In this document: piece by piece, positions 1 through 10,058 of the stretch | How positions within the stretch are numbered: position 1 is the first letter of the stretch | Layout: each line of letters begins with the position of its first letter | Assembly (NCBI GenBank): GCA_017630405.1 | Contig: JAGBVH010000015.1 | Location: 17,026-81,025, forward strand | DNA from: Alphaproteobacteria bacterium | GTDB taxonomy: Bacteria; Pseudomonadota; Alphaproteobacteria; Rs-D84 | Length of the DNA stretch: 64,000 bases | Reading direction: 5' to 3' | Translations under genes and position numbers: made by a program | The notes under the pieces: generated by a model | The model's input: the letters and a program-made list of their open reading frames with translations, nothing else | What the model was told of the DNA's origin: nothing | The model's database searches: none

Positions 1-1
1 T

Positions 2-121
2 GTATTAAACGGATACATTGTTACAACATACAAAACAGACTTGGAAGAAACACGCCCTATTTTTGAAGCACATACAGCCGCCCAGATACTTAACGCTTAT
101 AACCCTACAATGAACATATAA
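2..121 (+). CDS. C-terminal fragment of an unknown protein running off the left edge
   Basis: Frame 2 is open from the window edge to a TAA at about 119-121 (...EETRPIFEAHTAAQILNAYNPTMNI*). It is too short for the ORF track. No family recognised. Confidence 0.25.
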   Translation, partial: VLNGYIVTTYKTDLEETRPIFEAHTAAQILNAYNPTMNI

Positions 122-215
122 CTCCACCGCCACAACTATACCACAAATAAACTCAAAAACACGGTATATAATATATCGTATATGACAGCGGTCGGGGACA
201 TACAAACAAAAAAAT

Positions 216-243
216 TTGACAAGATTTTATTTAGTACTACAAT
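216..243 (+). promoter_or_regulatory. Near-consensus sigma70-type promoter (TTGACA-16 nt-TACAAT) upstream of the 80-aa Cys-rich ORF
   Basis: TTGACA at about 216-221 and TACAAT at about 238-243, about 30 nt upstream of the ATG at 272. Confidence 0.45.
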
Positions 244-271
244 ACAAATAACATAACAAAGGAACAAATAC

Positions 272-514
272 ATGAGCAATGAAAAAATAATGCACATCTG
301 CAAAAAGAAATATATGCCCGAACAGTGCAAAAACAACCTTTGCAAAGACTGGCTCCCAGACGGCAGATGTCCAAAGTGCAATTGGGCACATTGCAGCGAT
401 ATGCTAGAAGTATCTAAGACAGAATACACCATTATGGAATACTTATTAAGCATACAACAAAAACAAAAACAAATAATGCAAGAAATCAACAACCTTAAAC
501 AAAACCAGAAGTAA
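272..514 (+). CDS. Small Cys-rich protein with a Q/K/N-rich C-terminal tail (unknown function)
   Basis: 80-aa ORF with 6 Cys spaced C-x8-C-x4-C-x8-C-x2-C-x4-C, followed by the tail ...IQQKQKQIMQEINNLKQNQK. A consensus promoter lies directly upstream. The tail and the 'CK..Y' start resemble the ORFs at 52007-52501. Confidence 0.5.
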   Translation: MSNEKIMHICKKKYMPEQCKNNLCKDWLPDGRCPKCNWAHCSDMLEVSKTEYTIMEYLLSIQQKQKQIMQEINNLKQNQK

Positions 515-531
515 AAAGAACAAAACAAACA

Positions 532-1212
532 ATGTCATACATTTCTGTTGTATACCCATGGCAAAAAATATCCGCCCAGGACATCGATAAAATATCGCCT
601 GCCGCCATGCGTGAAAACAATGCGGATTACTTTTTACACGAACTGTATCGAACCGCCCGTAAAATAGTGGTATTCAACTATCATGGTTCCATTACACCAG
701 ACACAACAATCAGTTTTGGGTGGGAGATTAGATCACGTTTTGGACAAGACCCCAGATATTTTTATACCTATCAACAAAACACAGTATATTTACGAAACCC
801 ATTTGAAACATTGCCTGTCGCACACTTTACACCTGAACAAGATGCTGTATTTCGCCACGCTGTCCAAACTGTGATTGAACACTATAAACCTTGGGCTCTA
901 TTTAAGTGTACAAACCCCAACAAGATAAAACCAACTACACCGACAAAAGTCAATCACCTTATACAATATTTTGGGACCAGTTTGCAAATTTACCAAGAAC
1001 AAAACCCATTACAGACACCTGTCCGTTGCAACGGATGCAACTTGCATTGCTATATGGGGTATCAAAAACACCCACAAAATCCTTATGCTCCACACTCGAT
1101 ATATTATGATGAATGTCCAACAATAAATCATATTTTGGCCAAGGATTGTCCTGATAAATGCGCCACCAAGATGCAAGAATACCTTAACAGGGTTAGGAAA
1201 AACACACGATAA
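532..1212 (+). CDS. Hypothetical protein with a Cys-rich C-terminus
   Basis: 226-aa ORF lying 17 nt after the previous ORF and followed by a hairpin terminator. The C-terminus reads CNGCNLHC...DECPT...DCPDKC. No family recognised. The + strand is G-poor. Confidence 0.5.
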   Translation: MSYISVVYPWQKISAQDIDKISPAAMRENNADYFLHELYRTARKIVVFNYHGSITPDTTISFGWEIRSRFGQDPRYFYTYQQNTVYLRNPFETLPVAHFTPEQDAVFRHAVQTVIEHYKPWALFKCTNPNKIKPTTPTKVNHLIQYFGTSLQIYQEQNPLQTPVRCNGCNLHCYMGYQKHPQNPYAPHSIYYDECPTINHILAKDCPDKCATKMQEYLNRVRKNTR

Positions 1213-1215
1213 TTC

Positions 1216-1239
1216 CACCGCCCCCGTGGCGGTGTTTCT
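1216..1239 (+). terminator. Rho-independent terminator after the 226-aa ORF
   Basis: Stem CACCGCC/GGCGGTG with a 5-nt loop, followed by TTTCT. Confidence 0.5.
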
Positions 1240-1321
1240 ATGTCCAACATTATGTCCAGAATATGTAAACACATCTGCTAAAACTGACAAATTCGGACAA
1301 AATCGGAAAATTTTTGCTAAA

Positions 1322-1344
1322 TAAAAAATCCCGGAACACCGGGA
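1322..1344 (-). terminator. Rho-independent terminator (minus strand)
   Basis: The minus strand reads CCCGGTGTTCCGGG followed by ATTTTTT, immediately after the ...GCTGCTACCAGAAT element. Confidence 0.5.
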
Positions 1345-1345
1345 A

Positions 1346-1368
1346 ATTCTGGTAGCAGCGGAGGGATT
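1346..1368. repeat. 23-nt exact direct repeat of the 3' end of the tRNA(CAU) gene plus 4 flanking nt (partner at 1533-1555)
   Basis: ATTCTGGTAGCAGCGGAGGGATT occurs at about 1346-1368 and again at about 1533-1555. The second copy covers CCA, the acceptor 3' strand and part of the T arm of the intact tRNA. Confidence 0.85.
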
Positions 1369-1503
1369 GATTCCGCTGCGCTTCATTCCCCTGGGCAAAT
1401 CCCCCTTTGTTAAAACTTCGGGGGACCGGCATACGCCCGTCTGCCTTTTGCCTGCGGGTCGGCCCCCCTGTTGGTTGTCCTTCACCACCCCGATGCACAG
1501 AAT

Positions 1504-1532
1504 AAAAAAACGACCCATAGGGTCGTTTGTTT
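1504..1532. terminator. Bidirectional hairpin terminator just downstream of the tRNA(CAU)
   Basis: A7-CGACCC-ATA-GGGTCG-TTTGTTT, with A/T tracts on both sides. Confidence 0.55.
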
Positions 1533-1536
1533 ATTC

Positions 1537-1611
1537 TGGTAGCAGCGGAGGGATTCGGACCCCCGACCAAAGGATTATGATTCCTCTGCTCTACCACTGA
1601 GCTACGCTGCC
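1537..1611 (-). tRNA. tRNA with CAU anticodon (elongator Met, or Ile2 if lysidine-modified)
   Basis: The reverse complement is GGCAGCGTAGCTCAGTGGTAGAGCAGAGGAATCATAATCCTTTGGTCGGGGGTCCGAATCCCTCCGCTGCTACCA. It has a 7-bp acceptor stem (G1-U72), a D arm GCTC/GAGC, an anticodon stem GAGGA/TCCTT with loop ATCATAA, a T arm, and an encoded CCA. Confidence 0.85.
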
Positions 1612-1747
1612 AAGCGACACGCATTATAACAGACTTTTTTTCAAATGCAAGAAAAACGATACACTGGATTTTATTCTTATTTAAAATAATTATATTTTTT
1701 AATAATCTATATTGAAAGCCAACTCAAAATATGATACCATACGCCCT

Positions 1748-2305
1748 ATGAACAAAATTAGCCTTTTTTTACTGTCGGCCCTGATATTGACCCCTGCGCA
1801 CGCCGCCGAAAATCCTTTTTTCAGCGGATACGAAAATCAAATTGCATTTAACATTGGACACGGTGTAAACAGTGGATTTCTGTTGCCACCCCCAACCCAG
1901 TTCGTACCATTTATAATGATGCAATTTCAGTATTCTCAACCCACCACTTTTTTTAGCCTGCCCGCGCGTCAATCGCTTAATGTAATCCAGACACTGGGCC
2001 ATGGCAAAAAATACGGATGGCATTGGGATAAATACACAATTCCAATCGCGATGTTAAGTGAAGATGTCGTATTATTTTCCGGCAAGGATTGGTATACATT
2101 TACCGGCCTGGGCGTTGGATTTCAGGCGCAACAGAACGAACGCATCGGTTCTAAATTACTGTTTGGGTTCAAACTGGGTGCGGGATACAAGATATCTGAT
2201 TGCACCGGCATAGAATTATTTATGCAACATTTTTCCAACGGCAACACAGCCCCTGAAAACAATTCATATGCATTCTATGGCATGGGAATTACATACAGTT
2301 TTTAA
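1748..2305 (+). CDS. pagL: Outer-membrane lipid A deacylase, PagL / acyloxyacyl-hydrolase family
   Basis: Signal peptide MNKISLFLLSALILTPAHA. Beta-barrel-like alternating sequence ending in ...YGMGITYSF. Catalytic-type motif HFSNGN near the C-terminus. Start moved from the track's TTG at 1712 to the ATG at 1748. Confidence 0.65.
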   Translation: MNKISLFLLSALILTPAHAAENPFFSGYENQIAFNIGHGVNSGFLLPPPTQFVPFIMMQFQYSQPTTFFSLPARQSLNVIQTLGHGKKYGWHWDKYTIPIAMLSEDVVLFSGKDWYTFTGLGVGFQAQQNERIGSKLLFGFKLGAGYKISDCTGIELFMQHFSNGNTAPENNSYAFYGMGITYSF

Positions 2306-2306
2306 T

Positions 2307-2332
2307 AAAAACCGCCAAACGGCGGATTTTTT
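2307..2332. terminator. Bidirectional terminator between pagL-like and ung
   Basis: AAAAACCGCC-AAAC-GGCGGATTTTTT. Confidence 0.6.
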
Positions 2333-2995
2333 CTACCACTCAATCGGTTCTAATCCATGCTGAATCAGGTATTGATTTGCGCGACTAAAATGTTTATTAC
2401 CAAAGAACCCACGATACGCAGACAGCGGTGACGGATGCGCGCTTTTCAGCACCAGATTTTTTTCTGGATTTACAATCCCTGCTTTTTTCTGGGCATAAGA
2501 CCCCCACAGCATATAAACAATATTTTCACGCGCCGCCACAGTGCGAATAACCGCATCTGTAAATTCTTCCCATCCGTGTCCTGCATGTGATGCGGCCGCA
2601 TGTGCCCGCACGGTCAGTGTTGCATTTAACAAAAGTACACCCTGATTTGCCCAATGTGTTAAATCGCCACTTGTCACAGATTTGCATCCTAAATCAGATT
2701 CAATTTCTTTATAAATATTTACCAACGATGGCGGAATTGCGGTCGGTGGCAACACAGAAAAACAAAGCCCATGCGCCTGCCCCGGTTCATGATAAGGGTC
2801 CTGACCAATAATTACGACTTTTACTTTATCCAACGGACACAAATTAAACGCATTAAAAATATCCTTGGGCGCGGGATAAACGGTCCTACCCGACAAATAT
2901 TCGGCACGCACAAAATCCGTCAGTTTGATAAAATAATCTTTATCAAACTCGGCCGCCAACGCATCCTTCCAAGACTGTTCAATTTTCACATTCAT
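2333..2995 (-). CDS. ung: Uracil-DNA glycosylase, family 1
   Basis: Motifs GQDPYH and HPSPLSA are present, with typical length. Start set to the ATG at 2995 (MNVKIEQSW...), which overlaps the upstream stop as ATGA. The track's longer N-terminus was rejected. Confidence 0.9.
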   Translation of the reverse strand: MNVKIEQSWKDALAAEFDKDYFIKLTDFVRAEYLSGRTVYPAPKDIFNAFNLCPLDKVKVVIIGQDPYHEPGQAHGLCFSVLPPTAIPPSLVNIYKEIESDLGCKSVTSGDLTHWANQGVLLLNATLTVRAHAAASHAGHGWEEFTDAVIRTVAARENIVYMLWGSYAQKKAGIVNPEKNLVLKSAHPSPLSAYRGFFGNKHFSRANQYLIQHGLEPIEW

Positions 2996-3633
2996 AGTTT
3001 TATCAACCCCTGTTGCAAAGATTTCCAAAGAACAACATCTATATACCCGCACGGCAAACCCGTTTCACGAACCAAATGCGCAAACATATCATCACAGGCT
3101 GATTTTATTTCCGGATTAAGTTTGGCATTATCAACATCAATTTTTTTATTTCCAAACACGCACCCCAGACGCTGAATCCATATATCATATTTGACCATAT
3201 CTTCACCCAGATTTCGCGCCAAATGATTTGCGGTTATACGCCCTATATGCGGCAGATTTTCAAGGAATTTTAACTTTTCATCTATTGTTTTCAATTGATA
3301 ATATTCATCACGCAGATTGTGTCTATCGCCCCATATTTTACACACCGCATTAATTTTATTTTTATTATTAAAAACATTTATCAATATATCAAAATCAGCA
3401 CCACTTTTGCGCAATAAATCCATAATTTTTCCATGAATTTTCTTGGCTGTTTTTTGTGAAAAACCACCTGCCAAAATCACATAAACACAATGCGATGCAA
3501 ATTCATCAGAAGTATATATTTTTCGTGAACGCAAATTTTCAAGAATCTCATCAAAAGACTGCGCGTCACTATCCAAACCCATTTTGCGCAACTGGGCATC
3601 CAAAGCAAAAAACCAATCGGCCGAAAAATCCAT
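2992..3633 (-). CDS. HhH-type DNA glycosylase-like protein (EndoIII/MagIII-like superfamily, tentative)
   Basis: 213 aa with a helix-hairpin-helix-like segment LPHIGRITANHLARNLG followed by an Asp (KYD). Translationally coupled to ung. Confidence 0.4.
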   Translation of the reverse strand: MDFSADWFFALDAQLRKMGLDSDAQSFDEILENLRSRKIYTSDEFASHCVYVILAGGFSQKTAKKIHGKIMDLLRKSGADFDILINVFNNKNKINAVCKIWGDRHNLRDEYYQLKTIDEKLKFLENLPHIGRITANHLARNLGEDMVKYDIWIQRLGCVFGNKKIDVDNAKLNPEIKSACDDMFAHLVRETGLPCGYIDVVLWKSLQQGLIKL

Positions 3634-3636
3634 ATA

Positions 3637-3921
3637 TTACGCCGCCCTGTTCCCACTGTTATATTGAAACAATCTTTTGCGCGCCAGTTCATTTTCATCT
3701 TCGCGCTGTTTTTCCATTTCTTGTTCCAAATTATTTGTACTGCGATTAAATTTATCGGCCTTGGTTTCAGAATTTAATTTCGCTAATTCTTCTTCAACGG
3801 ATTTAAGACGCCGGCGATAGAAATCTTCCTGCGCAGCCGAACGCGCATCACTGTTCCCAGACAACCTGTCTGTTAACAATCTAAGTTCCGCTTCTAATTG
3901 CCTGCGTCTTTTAAAACCCAT
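3637..3921 (-). CDS. Small charged coiled-coil protein (unknown function)
   Basis: 94-aa ORF, R/E/K-rich with heptad-like sequence. Wedged 16 nt after gyrB and 3 nt before the HhH gene. Confidence 0.45.
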   Translation of the reverse strand: MGFKRRRQLEAELRLLTDRLSGNSDARSAAQEDFYRRRLKSVEEELAKLNSETKADKFNRSTNNLEQEMEKQREDENELARKRLFQYNSGNRAA

Positions 3922-3937
3922 TTTTTAAGCCTTTGTA

Positions 3938-6337
<2,400 letters not shown>

Positions 6338-6414
6338 TTAATATTCCTTTCTTTTTTTCTGTGTAAAACATAGCAATTTCTGGTATAATTATCAAGGAAA
6401 AAGGGGATAAAAGC

Positions 6415-6669
6415 ATGTCAAATTACACAAAATCTGATTTTATGACAGCGGCACAAATTGCTAAAAAATTTAACATCGCAACTGACGAAGTTGTTAAACT
6501 TATGCGCCTTCACATAGGCCGCAATGTACCAAACGACCCAATCCACCCAATTTTAATTCGTAGCAAGACTTCACACAACCAAACTTCTAGCATCTTGCTA
6601 CATCCTGCGGGCCGCGAAGAATTTGAAAAAATCATCAAAGAACACATAGCTAAAAAGGCAACAAAATGA
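6415..6669 (+). CDS. Small putative HTH DNA-binding protein
   Basis: 84 aa with an HTH-like stretch MTAAQIAKKFNIATDEVVKLMR. Its stop overlaps the next start (ATGA). Confidence 0.45.
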   Translation: MSNYTKSDFMTAAQIAKKFNIATDEVVKLMRLHIGRNVPNDPIHPILIRSKTSHNQTSSILLHPAGREEFEKIIKEHIAKKATK

Positions 6670-7235
6670 AGTTTAAACTATTGTATTTTGGGGATATTTT
6701 GATTAACCCTAAAAAGCGCGCACAACATATCGCCGATATTCGTATGCAGTTTCATCCACAATTAAAGAAACTGGTTGAACACAGCCCTTGGAACAATTTA
6801 ACACAATATATGGTTCCGAACCCAACAAAAAGCCCTATCACAACCCGTCATGTGGGTGGAATTGATTGGAATCCTATTATTACCCCAAATCTTAAATTGA
6901 TTGCGGAATTAGATATTCAAATGCTGCACCCTGAAATCGTGGGTGTTCCGCGTTCTGATATCGACAATCGCGTTAAAACTATTATGGACGGCCTGCGCTG
7001 CCCACAAAACGAACATGAAATTGGCGCAAATACACCAACAGATATCGGTCCTATTTACACACTGCTAGATGACGACCACCTGATTACAAAACTGTCGGTC
7101 AATACCAGCCACTTGTTGGACAACAGCCTGTTTTCGGAACATATTTTACATACACCAGATTCAATCTTTATGATGATTGATGTTAACGTAAGGGTCGCTG
7201 AAGGAACATTGGAAAACCTGCCATTTATGGTCTAG
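6666..7235 (+). CDS. RusA-motif (Holliday-junction-resolvase-like) endonuclease-domain protein
   Basis: 189 aa. SDIDNRVKTIMDGL matches the RusA catalytic pattern D-x-D-N-x2-K-x3-D-x-L, and a second acidic cluster LLDDDHLI follows after an insertion of about 24 aa. Confidence 0.45.
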   Translation: MKFKLLYFGDILINPKKRAQHIADIRMQFHPQLKKLVEHSPWNNLTQYMVPNPTKSPITTRHVGGIDWNPIITPNLKLIAELDIQMLHPEIVGVPRSDIDNRVKTIMDGLRCPQNEHEIGANTPTDIGPIYTLLDDDHLITKLSVNTSHLLDNSLFSEHILHTPDSIFMMIDVNVRVAEGTLENLPFMV

Positions 7236-7348
7236 GTTGCAAAAAAATAAAAGATAATTGTGTAGATGTGACTAAACCCGCCAGCGAAGTGTACAGAAGT
7301 TACATAAGCCGGCGGTTTTAGTCGCAGATACGCCATTAGATTTTATTT

Positions 7349-8419
7349 TTATGTAAGGGCACTGGTAATCTGATCCTGCATCTGGAAAGTCCCCAAAACA
7401 ACCCACGCAATTATCACAGACACCAACAAAATACCAACACTGTTCAAAGTATTCGAAATTTTTTCCATTTTGCGCACAGATTCAGACAAATAATCATTTG
7501 CAATCTGATTAAGGTTTTCATCAAACCCGTTCATGTCTGCATATATGGTCAAGTCACCAATAATTTCTGTATCTGGAAAATTACTATCAGTCCTACTTAA
7601 CGCCACCCCCAAATTATCACCATTGGCGATAAACTGTAATGCCCTGTCTAAAATTCTTCTAAGATAACGATTAGCATTATCTGACAACATACGAATTGCA
7701 TCAGGTATCGTCACCCCTGCACTAACCATCGCCCCCAGCGACATCAACCAACCAACAGAAACTTGTATTTTATAAACACTCCACGGTGGCAATTTATCCA
7801 GCGCTGTTCTTAAATTTCCAGACAAATTAGGCAAACTAAACCATATCAATCCTATCGCGCCTGCAAACACAACCGCAAACATATACCAATATTTTATAGA
7901 TACATCAGATACCCATATCAAAGACGCAGCTGTCCCTGTCCAAACAACATCATTTCCGGCAACCTCGGCCAATGGCGGCACCAGATACATACCAACCATA
8001 ATAATAATACCAAATGTCAGCGCCAACAGAAACAACGGATACGCAATCGCAGTTACCATCGCGCGTCTTATACGCTGTGTACCATCAACGACACGACCAA
8101 CATTTTCCAGCGCAACAACCAAATTAGACAAATTACCACTAGTCACCAACAAAGTCTCTTCTGGTGGCACCCAACCGCGTGTTGCATCAGAAAAACTCAT
8201 ACCACGCTCAAGATTCATCTGCCACTGACGCATAACAATCGCAAACGGTTCATTTGGCTTGGTACCATTTTTAGATTCGATTGCTTCCAATCTTTCCAAC
8301 GCATCAATCAATGTAAAATCATTACGCAACAAAGAAGCCAATTTTCTACAAATTGACATACGCTTTTCGGTATTCAACCGAAACATTAACTTGGCATACC
8401 ACAGTTCAAGCTTATTCAT
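7349..8419 (-). CDS. Type IV pilus / T2SS platform protein, GspF/PilC family (type IVb: PilR-R64/BfpE/TcpE-like)
   Basis: 356 aa. It has a GspF-like cytoplasmic domain and three hydrophobic segments, and lies immediately downstream of the GspE-family ATPase. Confidence 0.75.
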   Translation of the reverse strand: MNKLELWYAKLMFRLNTEKRMSICRKLASLLRNDFTLIDALERLEAIESKNGTKPNEPFAIVMRQWQMNLERGMSFSDATRGWVPPEETLLVTSGNLSNLVVALENVGRVVDGTQRIRRAMVTAIAYPLFLLALTFGIIIMVGMYLVPPLAEVAGNDVVWTGTAASLIWVSDVSIKYWYMFAVVFAGAIGLIWFSLPNLSGNLRTALDKLPPWSVYKIQVSVGWLMSLGAMVSAGVTIPDAIRMLSDNANRYLRRILDRALQFIANGDNLGVALSRTDSNFPDTEIIGDLTIYADMNGFDENLNQIANDYLSESVRKMEKISNTLNSVGILLVSVIIAWVVLGTFQMQDQITSALT

Positions 8420-8420
8420 A

Positions 8421-10058
8421 TCAATATGCCCCAGGTTCGTTTACATACCCAACCCAACGTTCAAACTCGTCAATACTAATAACACCTTGCAACATCAGTT
8501 GTGCCGCCGCTTCTTTTAATGTACGACCATCCATTTCTTCCAACCAGTATTTAACCGCACCATCTGTATTACCAGCCAATGCCAATTCCAAGAATTTACT
8601 GTTTGTAATAATGATTTCACCCGCCTTGATACGTCCAATATTACCTGTACCATTACAGTGCGCACACCCAATCCCGCGCAAGAACACCTGACGCAACCCC
8701 AACTCTCCATACGCCGACATCATACGCTTATATTCTGGTCTTTCAGGATGGTCACTAAGTCTTTCACGACAATGTGGGCAAACCTTTTTAAACAGACGCA
8801 TCGACACCAATCCGCGCATCAATGTTTCTTCTTTTAACTTAAATGGTTCAATACCCAAGTCCAACAAACGGGTCAAAGCCGCCATCGCAGAATTAGCATG
8901 CAACGTGGTCCAAACATTATGGCCAGACAATGCACCACGCACAGTCAACTGTGCAGCCGCCAATGTACGAATTTCACCAACCATCAATGTATCAGGGTCA
9001 CTTCGCAACGCGGCCGCCAACGCTTCTACATATTTTTCTTCGCGCTGTTCTTCATTAGTAGTATTTACAACAGGCATCTGGTGCGCACCAAAAATCTTTT
9101 GTTCAACCGGATTTTCCACGGTAATCATATTGATTTCATAGTTTCGCTCTTTCAACATCATCGACATATTACGAACCAAAGTCGTTGATTTACCAGAACT
9201 GGTTGGACCCGCAACGATTACCAACCCCGTTGGGAACGAACGCATACGCGCCAAAAGTTGTTGTTCATATGTATCAAATTCTTGTTCTGTTTTAATACCT
9301 TCGGACGGGTTATCATACAGCAATCGCATTACAACATATCGCGAACCAAATGCGATTGGGTTGAACTGCATACGAACACCTAAAACCCCAGAAGGCAAAT
9401 ACAAATCCTTGGTCCCACGCAAAGGCGTACGCCCATCCTTCTGTGCCGATTGATATTCATTTTGGGCATAGTTAGCATTTGACATATCCGCAGACGCAAA
9501 CGCCGCACGAACAAAAGATTCACCCCACCCTGAATTATATTCCAAGACCGGCTGCATACTGCCATCAATACGGAAATATACTGTTGTCTGGTCAGCAACC
9601 TCTATATGCACATCCGATACTTTCTGAGCAGCGGCTTTGGCAATAATATCAACAAAATCCTTTTGCATTTGGTTATCAAAGTCCATACGCGCACGAACAT
9701 TACCACCCAAACGCATCTCATAGGTTCTGTAAATATTAGAAATCAACCCCAAATCAGAATAAAACGGTTCTTTTACATCACGACCGCGTTTTTGCAACAA
9801 ATCAACAAACGCCAAAACACGACCATCATATCTATGTGTTCTGGAAATAATCAATTCACCACCAGAAAAATATGCGATTATCCCCTGTGTATCTTTTGGT
9901 AATTCAAACTCGGCCCCAGTCGCGGTCAACAATCGATTTTTATTAGAATACAGATAATCAATAATATCTTTACTTTCCGCACTTTCCAACCCCATCGGAA
10001 TCGATGGTTTCAAATTATCAATACCTTCAAAATTTTTCTGTTCTGTTTTGACCATCAT
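8421..10058 (-). CDS. Type IV pilus / T2SS assembly ATPase, GspE/PilB family (type IVb: PilQ-R64/BfpD/TcpT-like)
   Basis: 545 aa. Walker A GPTSSGKST, Walker B/Asp box ...DTLMVGEIR, His box WTTLHAN, and a tetracysteine motif CPHC...CAHCNGTG. Confidence 0.85.
   Translation of the reverse strand: MMVKTEQKNFEGIDNLKPSIPMGLESAESKDIIDYLYSNKNRLLTATGAEFELPKDTQGIIAYFSGGELIISRTHRYDGRVLAFVDLLQKRGRDVKEPFYSDLGLISNIYRTYEMRLGGNVRARMDFDNQMQKDFVDIIAKAAAQKVSDVHIEVADQTTVYFRIDGSMQPVLEYNSGWGESFVRAAFASADMSNANYAQNEYQSAQKDGRTPLRGTKDLYLPSGVLGVRMQFNPIAFGSRYVVMRLLYDNPSEGIKTEQEFDTYEQQLLARMRSFPTGLVIVAGPTSSGKSTTLVRNMSMMLKERNYEINMITVENPVEQKIFGAHQMPVVNTTNEEQREEKYVEALAAALRSDPDTLMVGEIRTLAAAQLTVRGALSGHNVWTTLHANSAMAALTRLLDLGIEPFKLKEETLMRGLVSMRLFKKVCPHCRERLSDHPERPEYKRMMSAYGELGLRQVFLRGIGCAHCNGTGNIGRIKAGEIIITNSKFLELALAGNTDGAVKYWLEEMDGRTLKEAAAQLMLQGVISIDEFERWVGYVNEPGAY

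Noticed and set aside
1350-1500. The GC-rich 150-nt element might be 4.5S/SRP RNA or a (two-piece) tmRNA.
   Set aside because: The stretch GTGAAGGACAACCAAC superficially resembles the SRP helix-8 GGAAGGAAGCAGCCAAG. However, the bases 5' of the putative GNRA loop cannot pair to close it. For tmRNA, the 3' end ...CGCUGCUACCA lacks the G3-U70/...CUCCACCA alanine identity. There is also no GGGG-initiated coding piece or tag ORF downstream, and the element is far too short.
1009-1624. Two minus-strand ORFs of 169 aa and 124 aa, and a 77-aa + strand ORF, lie over the tRNA region.
   Set aside because: They run through an intact tRNA gene, two terminators and the GC-rich element. Their openness results from the local GC-richness. 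They show no coding features.
7270-7325. A long imperfect hairpin (CTAAACCCGCC...GGCGGTTTTAG, loop of about 28 nt) lies between the RusA-like gene and the pilus platform gene, and could be an sRNA or riboswitch.
   Set aside because: It lies between two convergent 3' ends and is most simply a shared, atypical terminator. There is no promoter or conserved-family signature I can see. I kept it only as a note.
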